Program-made: the position numbers and the translations under genes | From: Dicyema japonicum | Lineage: Eukaryota; Animalia; Dicyemida | NCBI GenBank assembly: GCA_011109175.1 | Contig: RDEW01000130.1 | Coordinates: 1-33,629, forward strand | Direction of reading: 5' to 3' | Length of the DNA: 33,629 nucleotides | In this document: positions 21,561 through 32,704 of the stretch, piece after piece | Position numbering within the stretch: position 1 is the first letter of the stretch | Layout of the letters: every line of letters begins with the position of its first letter | The notes under the pieces: model-generated | Told to the model about the DNA's origin: nothing | Database searches by the model: none | The model's input: only the letters and a program-made list of their open reading frames with translations

Positions 21561-22324
21561 TCAATTAATAAGATAAATAATCAAAATTGAGAAGCATATC
21601 GCTGTAACAGTAGCCAATATGAACGAATCTTCTGGTGCGATAGGATATTCTTTTCATTATCCTATTAATCATTGGATATCTAACTACAAATATCAAGGGT
21701 GTTTCGAAAATTAACTTGAAATATTTTTGAGCTTTCCAGAAACCGAATTAAGGACATCTTTTTGGCTTGAAATTCCTTCCCTGAGAAATCCACTACAGTA
21801 ATATGATTTTCAACCAGTCTTTGAGAACTAGTAACATTATGGGTAAAGAAAGAGAATAACTTCATGAGGACTTCATTCTGTCTGTTCAGGAGAGAAGATC
21901 CATTCGTATTTTTAGATGAATAATCCACATTAGAAAATAATCTATTTCTTTCTATTTTATCTTGAAGGGAAGAGCGGAGTCTTCTATATTCCAACAAAAA
22001 TTTTGAAGAATTTCGCCATGACGCTGTTTAACGTGGAAGGAAGCGAGGAAGTAGCCATTTGTTCATTTATAGATTGAAGATGACTATGGCAAGTCTCGAT
22101 GTCCTTTTGGATAGCAGATATAAGTTCTCTGTCATTGATTAATTCTTCATTTGACCTTCCATAAAATCTGTTATTTTCAAATTGTACCTTTTTGTTGCAA
22201 CGTTTGACGAATACACAGAACTAAACTTGCAAAGTTCGAGCATTTTCTTGTCAATTTCGTCTTCTATTAATTTTGCATTTCTGCATAAATCTAGAAGCAA
22301 TAATCAAAATTCCGTAACAACCAT
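21561..22324 (-). CDS. GOSR1: Golgi SNAP receptor complex member 1 (GS28, Qb-SNARE)
   Basis: LCRNAKLIEDEIDKKMLEL, STL(K)QRHGEILQ...EYRRLR...IERNRLF, SQRLVENHI, RYPMINRIMKRISYRTRR(D)SFILATVTAICFSILIIYLIN-stop (C-terminal TM anchor). 20-nt intron at 22168-22187. Confidence 0.88.
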
Positions 22325-22427
22325 TCATCTTAAGTGTACTTTATTTGTTTGAATTTAAAAAATGTTTTAACTAATAATTATAATGTAATTAATATATATT
22401 AAATATTATATTGTTACATTCAAATTT

Positions 22428-23200
22428 TTATNATTTCGAAAAAAACGGTTTTTTTGCACCTAGTGTATATAAAACAGTATTAAAAAACAATGTTGGATTA
22501 AGATTATTTGAACGATGTAGATGACTTGTATAAATATTCAAAACCCAAAAGCATATAATCATCAGCATACATCTGTAATGATAAAGCGATGTTTCCTCAA
22601 ACTGATCTGGAAAATAAAACTTTGACCAAAACATCTATATATCCTTTTTAATAATTTACGACAAAAATGATCATGAAAAATATAATTTTAAAGATCGGTG
22701 GCCCACATACGCAACTCAATGGAGGTTTCTGGCTATCACAAAATGGAATTATTTCACAAGTTTCAGTATACAGAAACACAGTTAATGAAAATGGAAGTTA
22801 GATTAACTTATACAAATAGTAAAATGTATTCAGTTTAGCAGTCAAATCACGAATTTTTTCTCTTTGTATTGCGCTAAGTATGATAACATCTCTGGTAAGT
22901 TACTAACTCCGAAAGTTATTGGGAAATGAATAAATTATATCAAGATTACGTTTTCTTAAGAAAAAATTAAGGATGGTTTCAATTACCCATCATAATCGTT
23001 CGTTTTTGTCATTGGGAAACGTTGAAAATTATTTTATTTTGAATTCACTTTCCAACATGATTAAAATTCTTTAGAAACGAGATAGAAATAAAGAAAATAA
23101 AACATCACTTTTCTATGCTACTTTTCTTGGTCATGCGGTTGAAAAAATTGGCCATGTTCATCGATCAAGAAAATTATAGACGTTATGTCGTCAACCACTA
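22428..23200 (-). CDS. Possible unidentified multi-exon gene
   Basis: Scattered coding-like pieces (LPEMLSYLAQYKEKKIRDL; IIPFCDSQKPPLSCVCGPP; hydrophobic CMLMIICFWVLNIY). The structure could not be resolved. Confidence 0.2.
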
Positions 23201-23225
23201 TGAAATTGATTTTTATTTAATAAAT

Positions 23226-23991
23226 TTAGTAATATAAGTTTAAATGAGATATTTTTAATTTTGAATCTTTTTGGAGTACGTCTATCTTTTCTATTAAGAA
23301 TAAATTTTTATTTAAGATTTATACTGCATATCTGCCGTTTCCTCAACAGTTTTCAAATTTTTTACAACACGCTGTTTAATTGCCTTAATCTCTCTTTTGG
23401 CAGAGTTTATTTCTATTTCATATCTTTTCCGCTCATCTAAGGCTTTGTAATAAGCCATTAAAATAAATTAATAAAAATACTTTAGATTCTGAATCAAGTC
23501 GCCATTCTAAATCTTTCAGTTGAGAATTGAGATTATTTCGTTCTCTTTGTAACATTTTAATCATATAAGGAGTCACCTGAACTATTTTTTAAATAATAAA
23601 CCTCTCCACTTTTTTCAATTCGGTTGCCTTTATTACCTAAGCAATTAATAAATTGTGGTTTTTATTAACTTTCTTTTAGCATTGTTCGTGCTTCTGAGAT
23701 TTTATTATGTAAAACGACTATTTGATTTTTAAGTTGTTTATTCGTCTCCTGCTGAGCTTCGTACATTTTTTTCCACCGATTTTCTGTTTGTTGTTATTCA
23801 AAACATTTACCGCCATCTGCATCTGATTCAATCTCATCTTGAATTTTGTTTATTTTAATTTTTAAGGCCTTTATTGAATTATCGATGACTTTTCTATTGT
23901 TTTAATGAAAGAATATAAAATTATTATCAATATACTTCATTTCCTCTTCCTCTGCTATTTTTTGCTTTAATTCTCTCGATTTTTCCGACAT
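23226..23991 (-). CDS. CCDC169: Coiled-coil domain-containing protein 169-like
   Basis: MSEKSRELKQKIAEEEEM...DGG-ENRWKKMYEAQQETNKQLKNQI...LQRERNNLNSQLKDLEWRLDSESK-AYYKALDERKRY matches recalled CCDC169 motifs (EWKTRYETQ.ELN..LEKQI; YEWRLDQESKAY.KANDER). Introns include 23582-23601 (20 nt). The 3' end is approximate. Confidence 0.75.
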
Positions 23992-24499
23992 TATAAACAA
24001 ATATCAATAATAAGAATGTTTATGAGCTGCTATGCAACATATCTTTATTTATTTTTAAATTAAGATAACCAGTTATTAACATAAAAAATATTTAATATAT
24101 TATTTAAAAAAATTGTTTATTGTACAAAAATATTCTATTAGTAAGATTTATTTGGTACATAGAAACTTTAAAAAATATTTATATTAATTTTTTTACACAT
24201 TATAATTTAAATGTAGATTCAAAAATTAGTTTGATAAAACGTTAATAACGTATTTAAATGAAAAACAAATGCACTTCGACATGTAACTATAGATTTGAAT
24301 TTGGATTACAGATAAATAACGAAATGATACTACCAATTAGCAAATTAATTAGTCTTAGGGTATAATTAAAAAAGAAAATGAAATAAAAAAAAGTCATTTA
24401 ATTAAGTCCATATTAACTTGAATTTGAACACTAGTTCTATTACCCGTAGGATAAACAATTTTAGTCCCCCTTTCTAAATAATTAAAACCAAATCAACAT

Positions 24500-25862
24500 C
24501 TAACGGATATTCGCTGAAGGATGAAGATCAAAATACTCCGCTGTTGTCAAAGATTGACTCTCTGGTTGTTTATCCGTCCACTATCACTATCAATTCGAAT
24601 TCGCTTCGAAGTTGAATATAACGGCTCAACTTTCTAATAAAATACACAAAGTCACCAACAACCTTGTTCTGTTTTTTGCCAATCTTTACATTTGAGACCA
24701 ATAAACCCTCAGAGCCTCATAATTTGGTTTTTCGTCATATTCAAGACCAGCGACATCTCAATAAATCCAACAGTCCAGGTGGTGGTTTAGTGGTAGAAAA
24801 ACAAGTTTTTATAAACTTTTTTGGGTTTTTTAAATATCTAAATAATTCGTATATTCCTGTGATACTCGTTTTTTAATTTGGCGACAGAACTCGGATCGGA
24901 TAAGACGTCATCCCACGGGAGGAAACACATAACCAGCGAATAAGACAAAATACAAGTATTTCAAAGTCTCCTCTTCTCGAAGGATCAGCACCCACGTGTG
25001 CATCTCTACTGGTGAACTCGATGGTTTCCATTATGACACTTTTTTGGCTTTGGAGTATATTTTTTGTGTACTCCATTGGCAGTATACCGAAATGACAATC
25101 CAAAATCTGCCAAACATACTAAAAACAATCCACCCACACCAACAAACCCTGTCTTTGAAGTTTTTTGCCAACGAACCCAGCAAATTAGAAGCCTTTATGT
25201 CAGCATGGACATACTCATGTTCGTGTAAGTATTCCAAAGCGTTAACCTGCAGCAATAAAATATAAAAATTGACAATATCAGTAGAAATCTGATATGCCTC
25301 ATTGACGGTGAGTTTATAATTCTTAAGTTTCATGATCTTTGATTGAAGGTCATCTCCAAATCTGTCCATAACAAGAAACCGATATTTCTTCCCGCCATAA
25401 TTATGGAGTCCAAATCCGACATAACGCGGGAGACCAATGAAGGATAAATTATGATCGATGCACCACTTATTCACTATTTGAAGATTAAATTCGATTCTAT
25501 ACAATTATTTTCGTTTAATGCTCGAATATAAACTTGTTTTTCACAGAAAAGAGGACCGCTTTCATTGCCTTCCAATTTAACGACATATTTGGCTTGAGAA
25601 AGAGAATTGTTATGTAATCCGGAATTCATATGTGCTAATTTTAATATTGATTTATTTAAAATTAAAAAATATTTTTTATGATATTTTATGGTTAACCTAG
25701 ATGGATAGATCCAAACCCTCCTTTTGCAAAAAAGGGGCCAAGGCACCAGCTGACGTTTGATGCGTCAGTTAAGATCTCTCCTGTTGTAACTTCATCGACA
25801 GACTTATCAACTACTAAAGCATTATTTTTAATTTAAATACCTTTTCTTTTAGCACGAGGCAT
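24500..25862 (-). CDS. VRK1: Vaccinia-related kinase (VRK1/ballchen-like, CK1 group)
   Basis: [109 protein letters not shown]. First intron at 25814-25840. The 3' end is approximate. Confidence 0.92.
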
Positions 25863-26965
25863 GTTATTTAAGAATACAAATTATAAAACTTACACCATAA
25901 AGCAGGTAAGCGGCAAAAGATCTATTGTTAATTAATTTAAAATATTATATTAATATAACTACATTTATTTAAATTCGACATTGGGAGTCACTCTTGACTT
26001 TTACCCAGGATAAACCAACGTAGCTTTGTCAAACAAAGTACGCAAACACATTCTCTCTTGTCAAATATTTTATTTTTCAATTAAAAATTCATATTAGTCC
26101 CAGAAGGGAAATTGTCTAAATACATCAAAGCTTTTTTAATGAATATTTTATATTAGAAACCGATTAATTTACTAATTAAAAAATAACACTTGGAATACTC
26201 CCCGAGTAAGAAAATTCGATGTCCAAGAATACCGGCATATGCCATGGAAGTTGAGCACAATTTTGGATTACTGGATTCGAACGGTATTCAGTTGGTTGTC
26301 AGGAGTACTGCAATAAAACATGTCAAATAGAAAGTACCGGCAAAGAACTTCGAGTGGCTTTCTGTCAACACCCTAAACATTTCGGAGGATCGTAAAGCTG
26401 GTAAAGTCTCTGGGAATATAGTCGAAACAAGAAAACTTAACTCTGAATTCAAAATGACTGCCAGGAAGAATAAAGAAGACTAAAAAACTAGAAGATGACT
26501 ATAAGAGAGGTCAACTCTGAAGCGTATTTAAAATTAAAAATTACGTACTCCTTTATGATAATAACGGGGAAGTCAACAATAAGGATTGTGTAGAATTGCT
26601 AAGCCAACAAGGCATTAGAATCGCTGGAGAGAATATGCAAAAGTTCTTTATTCAGAAACTGTATGCCCACCTATATATGTTGATGAAGCAATGTTGGGTA
26701 AAGGACATAAAATCCTTGTGGATGAATGGGTGTTGGCAACACGGCAAATACCGGGAGACAACACATCGGGGATTGACAATATCTCAAGCGAATTGCTGAA
26801 GGCTGTCCGGTAACAGCGATCACCAGCCTAGGTCCAAAAATTGAAGAAACTGGTATTTGGCAAGGAGAGTGGAATAGATCTATATTTATTCCCAATACTG
26901 AAAAAAGCGATAGGAAGGGCTGCTCAATTATCGTACAATAGCCTTAATCCCACGCCAGAAAAATA

Positions 26966-27965
26966 CAGTGAAGTCTCTCATATCCGTCACCCTTCTGATA
27001 ACAGCCATAAAAAAAATATTTTAAATCGAAAAATTCTGATATCCGCCATCAAGCTTTACAAATAATCAAGATTTTTTAAATCAATCCTGAAATTTTAATG
27101 TTAATGGGCTATTGGCTTAAATGAAGTAAGTAAGGCCGTCAGAAAGACAAAAAACTACATAATTTAGACCAGTGGTTCTTAACGGTGGGCGATTCGCCCC
27201 CTAGGGGGCGATTTATTCTGCAAGGGGGGCGATGGTTGATTGCTAATATTTGAAAAATTAAAATGTTATGTTAGAAGTCGATAATCTTTAAAAAAAATAA
27301 AGATATAAAATCGAGTCTAATAAATATCGTAGTTTTTTAGCTTTTCTAAAACAAAAATCTCTAATGTCCACTTCAATTCATTGTATTTTACATCGGCATA
27401 ATTTAATTGCAAAAAAATTATCTGAAGAATTGAATGCATAAATGCAAATTGTTATCAAAGTTATCAATAAATTTAAAGGCAACAGCAAGTACGATCGTAT
27501 TTTTTGTGAATACTGCACTAATCAAAATGGAGATTATGTTAGGTTACTTTTACATACCGAAGTAAGATGGTTATCCAAGGGAAATTGTCTGAAAGATTTA
27601 TGATATTATTTGATGCTATTGTGATTTTTTAAGATTACAAGAAGAATTTGTAATTCCTGCAAAATTCATAGAAAAAATATTTTTTATTTAAATTGGATTT
27701 TAAAAAAATTAAATGAAGTTTCATTGGCTTTACAAGAAGATTATGTTAATTAATTGATTTGCAAACGAATCATAAATACATTTATTGAAAAAATTCAAGG
27801 GGGCGATACAAATAAAGGTTGAGAACCACTGATTTAGATAATAGGTGATTAAAAAATAAATCTTGCTTTGAAATTTGTTTTTATGGATTATGTTATTCGC
27901 CATTTTCTAATAACCGCCGCATTTTTTAGAAGTTCCATTTTTGGCGGATATGAAAGAATTTACTG
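26966..27965. mobile_element. Tc1-mariner/pogo (Tigger-like) MITE, ~330 bp net of the nested hAT
   Basis: TIRs CAGTGAAGTCTCTCATATCCG / CAGTAAATTCTTTCATATCCG (18/21 match) flanked by TA on both sides. Excision restores the RTE RT frame (HARKI-VLKMIQHR). Confidence 0.85.
27170..27831 (+). mobile_element. Internally deleted hAT Buster/Charlie element
   Basis: TIRs CAGTGGTTCTTAAC / CAGTGGTTCTCAAC; TSD ATTTAGAC / ATTTAGAT; GGGGGCGAT subterminal repeats; transposase remnant HCILHRHNLIAK...LLLHTEVRWLSKGNCL. Confidence 0.9.
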
Positions 27966-29218
27966 TAGTTCTAAAAATGATACAACATCGCCTAATGCTA
28001 AATACCAAAATGATTTTACCGGATTTCCAAAGCAGGATTCAGGAAGGGACGAAATACAGGTGACCGTATAGCAAATGTCTGATGGATTATGGAGAAAGCC
28101 CATGAATCCCAAAAGAGTGTATATATGTGCTTCATTGACTATCGAAAGCTTTTGATTCCGTTATACACGACAAGCGGTGGTCCGCTTAAAAAAAATTGGA
28201 TTCGATGCCATCTGATATTGCTTATCAAATCTCTTTATAATGACAAGAAGCTACTGTTAGAACAGTGTATGGAGAACCGATGGTTCAAAATTGGTGAAGG
28301 GGTAACAAGATTGCTTATTATCTCCCATCTTATTCAATATTTACGAAATTATCATGTCTAAATTGGATACTGTCGAATGTCGGGATGAAAATGGAAGCAG
28401 GAACACCAATAATTTGCGCTATGCTGACGATACAACGCTACTGCCGAAACAGAGGACCGCCTCAGGGAGTTGATTCTAAAATTCAGAGATGAGAGCGGCG
28501 TCTTTGGTTTACTGCTAAATGTTAATAAGACTAAAATTATGACGACTGCTAATAATGGAACCAAAAATTAGGAATGCGAAAATGGAGAGTTGCGATAATG
28601 TTGTCTTTCTGGAATGCCTAATTAATCAGAATGGTGACAGAGGCTTGGAAATTAAGAGGCGAATTGCCCTGGACGGAGTGCTTTTCTGAAAATGAACAGG
28701 AGTGCTTTCCGGTTTTTCTATACGGCGCTGAAACATGGATACTGAAAAAGCGATAGACGAAAAATTGATGCTTTTGAATTTTGGTGTTGGAGGAGTTTAC
28801 TGAGAATCTCTTAGACGTCCAAAATAACAAACATCGATATACTCAAACCAGTAGATACGTCATTTCGCTTGAAGAAAAATCGTAAAACACAGATTGGCGT
28901 TCTTTGGACATGTCACCCGTTCTGATTTATTGGAAAGAACCATTATGCTGAGCAATATTACTGGGAAGACAAGTCCCGGCCGACAGAGGACTCGATGGCT
29001 ATCAATGGTAAAAGATGTCACGGGATTGCCTTTATCAAGGCTTCTCGAAATTGCGAATGACCGGGGGGGTGGAGAAAATTGGCTTATGAGATCTCCAAGG
29101 TCGGACACGACTTAATTTGATAACATAATCAGAGAATGACCCCTACTATGCAATAGCTAATAAGATATTTTCATAACTAAATTTTATTAATGTATCTAAT
29201 AAATTAAAAAAAATTTAA

Positions 29219-30300
29219 ATGGCTATTCAATGTTCTCTTACATGTGTGTCCTTGTTATTCTTATATGTATTTTGTTTTTTAAAAAATATAGTTTTGGCTA
29301 TAATTATAAAGATCCCCGATATTCAATTATTCTCAGCTAATGAGATAACCCAAGCCATTGAGTATAGCCGTTGGTTAATAGGCATGGAAAACTGTCATAA
29401 TGGATGGACCAAGGCAATATAAGCGGACTCGGCGAGTTCATGTCCTCCAATTTGTTTGGCCAGCCATTTGTACATTCCATCGTACTAAGATCACTCCACA
29501 ATCATTTATTGGATGTAAGGTCACAAAAACCTCTTGTTTTATCATTCCACGGACCTACAGGAACGGGGAAGAATTTTGTTGCCAGAACATTGCAAAATAT
29601 TTAATGGAAAAAATAAAAGCAGATTTGTCCATACTTTATAGCAACATTGCATTTTCCGAATCAAAATTTGATTGAGGAATACAAATCTCAGTTGGCTGTT
29701 TGGATTAGTGGGAATCTCACTATTTGTCCTCAGTCAATTTTTATTTTTGACGAAATTGAACGAATGCCACCAACTTTGTTAGATTCGATTACTTCATTTA
29801 TGGATTATTCGGGATTTGTCAATAATGTCGACTATGGAAAGGCAATTTATTTACTTTTGAGGTTCTAATTTACCATAAAAACTCTTAAAAGCAATTCTGG
29901 TTCAGGTTTTATCATAAATCGGACCGTTGAACTTTTTATTCAAGGATATAGTCGAAATTCAATCAAATTTTCCCAAATTGAGAACTTCGTCATGTCTACA
30001 ATTTATAACGAAAATAGTATTTATCTTTATCTGTATATTCCAGGCGGATATAAACATAGTTTGTTGATCCAGAAGGCAGTTGTGAGTCACTTTTGTTCCA
30101 TTTTTGCCACTTGAACGTTCCCAATTGGAGAATTGTGCAAGACGGGAAATCGAACTTTAGTGGTTTAGTGATGTCTTTTGAGAAAGTTGAGGAGATTGTT
30201 GAGTCGGTTATGAACCATATGAGTTTTTCCTCGAATATGCCATTTTCTCAAAAAGTGGATGCAACGTATTAAGGAAAAGGTTTACTATATTTTGAATTGA
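29219..30300 (+). CDS. TOR1: Torsin family ER-luminal AAA+ ATPase
   Basis: Hydrophobic N-terminus, NLFGQ, KPLVLSFHGPTGTGKNFVA (torsin-type Walker A ending in N), CPQSIFIFDEIERMP, DYGKAIYLLL-SNSG, HFVPFLPLER, SGC(K)RI sensor II. Confidence 0.92.
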
Positions 30301-30599
30301 ATGGTGAATATGATTTGGATATATAACTGTTTTACTTTGAATAAATGTTTTTTATTACTTATTTATACTTTTTGAAATACGTTAATCTTAAATATATGTA
30401 GAATATAAGTGAATGAAAATTTTAGCCATAAAATATACGAAACAATCTATTTTAAATCATTATTTTCGTTAATTATAAATCAGTTCAACGATTAATTAAA
30501 TTCCAGTGAAATATAACTTCTTGTGGAGTTTTAGGTTTATATTTCTGTGTTGAATTCAGGGAGGAGTAAGCACCTCCTCATTCGTAATGAAGTTTAAAA

Positions 30600-31900
30600 A
30601 TGGCATCGGATTTCATAAAGATTTTCGAAAAATAATATTTTAAAGTTTTTGAATATATATTATTGAGTATGCAGCTAAATTATGATTTATCTTGGAGTGA
30701 ATAACACTTCTTATTTTTCATTTCTTTGGAAGAAGATATTTCCTAACTTCATGCAAGGTCTTGAAAGGTTTTGCATTCATCGCGCTTTTACTGACAGTAA
30801 AAAGCTATCTTCCATTTTTCGCCTGTTTGTAATATTTTTGTAATCATATGTTGAGCACGACCAAAGACAACATTACGGTTGTCTATCACGAAAACTTGAA
30901 AAGCATTGGGAAGCGCCTGATAAAGACGATCTCGACATGTTAGGCGACGCAACTCGAATTAACAAAATTATGAAAGCTATCAGATCTGACCTATTTGTGC
31001 TGCGAATGTTTGTCACGACCTATAAGATTGCGGAGTGCTAATATATAGCTGTCATTGGACCATTTTTAAAACAATTCTTAGGACCCATCCGGTTTGAACT
31101 ATATGTCCACATTGTCTTACCTCCCTTGGAAAGATAATTGTACAATATTTTATTTAGCAATCATATATTTTTGGTCCTTTTTTCTTTATACCATACTTTA
31201 CTTTCAGCATTGAGTCAGTACACCTATTAAGCTAGGAATAATTTACAAATAATGGGTTTTAATTTACCAATTTTGCTATAGAATTTGGAGAGTAGAACGA
31301 CCGTTGTTGCTATTCCCTACAGAGTGGTCATGCGACCAGCGGACACGAGAAACACAATACCCAGGCACTCGTTATAAAAGCGAATATGTCTTTTTACTAG
31401 CAATTTCTATGATGAAAAATGCATGGAAATATGGATTTTTTGATCCAAAACTGCCATCGGGTTCTCAGGACGGCTGATTTAGACCATCTGATTCGGGAAT
31501 TGATCAAAACATGTATTATTTTTAAATAAATTAATAAATAGAATATTATATGGTAATGCAGACCATACATCCTTGCAATTGCATCAATCATTTTTTTTAC
31601 TGCTAATCCAGGCGTTTCATCAACAAAATTAAATACGTGTCGATATTAAAGAATGTCAATATCTCCGCAGGGAATCCATATAGTCGGGAAATTCCCGCTG
31701 TATTAATGATAGTTCGTAATAAAAGCGGGCGAAAAAATGACTAAAAAGAAGATGGAGTTGAAGAAAAGAAATTAATGTGGAAACTGGTTAATTTAGACAA
31801 CGACATTGACGCAAATAACAGAAAGTTTAATGATATTAAGGAGTATCTTCGAAAAATATAGAATCACTGAAAAATGGTTAATTTCATTCAGTCAAAGATG
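30600..31900 (+). CDS. Multi-exon gene, possibly RhoGAP-domain
   Basis: Pieces FPNFMQGLERFCI...SSIFRL, FLKQFLG.PIRFELY and DFLIQNCHRVL resemble RhoGAP motifs (IFR; LLK.FLRELP.PL.PFELY; FLIEN...IF) in the expected order. The splice structure is unresolved. Confidence 0.35.
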
Positions 31901-32704
31901 AGGAAACTGACCAAGAACAAAAAAATATACTTCAAGAATGTAAAATTTTAATGAACATGAAATATGCAAGAATCATGCTAGCAGGCTTGCTGTAGTTGAC
32001 TGGCTTTAACTTAAACAGAATAAATGCTTAGACACCATTTTATTTAAATATCCAGCATGGAATAATAGAATAAGACTTTTGATTTTCCAAACTAATAAAT
32101 TATGAGAGAATGAATTGACACAAAACCTAGACAACGGTCAAAAAAAACAAGTATATGACTATTGAAATATCAGAAAAGATAGTGCTTTGGGATTGATCAA
32201 TTTCTGACAACTTATTGTGTTTGGAGATAATCGCTGCTTAAAATGTTTACCATAGAGAGCCAAATAATTTTAATTATATTAAAATAAATATTCCTTTTAT
32301 TATAGTTATTTTTATTTGGAAAACATAATATAATAAGATAAACGCGTTACTACTCATAATTCATTTTGTTGTTGTGCATTGTTTTATTTTTTTACCAATT
32401 TTTATTCTCTTATTAATGGTTAACATTTGTGTTAAAATTGATTAAATATATTGATGACTTACAGAATTTCTTATAATATTCGATATTCTGTAATTGATTT
32501 TTTTTGACAATAATTTAATCATTTTTACATTTTAACTATTTAATACTTTTTGGATTTTCTACAAAACGCTATTTCTTGCCTATTTCCATATTTATTAAAA
32601 TTTCACTGTTTTAAAATTCAATACTTTCAATAATCTTGAAATAGGTATATTTTTTTGTTCTTGGATGGTCTTTGATCTTGAATAAAAATTTTAAGATGCT
32701 ATTA

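Larger units (their letters stand above)
26190..29125 (+). mobile_element. RTE-clade LINE (RTE/BovB-like), decayed, interrupted by a MITE and a hAT
   Basis: NRWREYAKVLYSE, GIDNISSELLK, SIFIPILKK...NYRTIALIPHARKI|VLKMIQHRL, AGFRKGRNT, FIDYRKAFDSV, NLRYADDTTL, YGAETW, FEFWCWR, FFGHVTR, GRQRTRWL. The 5' boundary is approximate. Confidence 0.92.

Noticed and set aside
54-30300. Non-standard genetic code explaining the in-frame stops
   Set aside because: TAG, TAA and TGA all end conserved genes (GTSF1, CPVL/MPST, ECHS1/GOSR1/Torsin). Internal stops disappear with short-intron removal or 1-nt indel correction.
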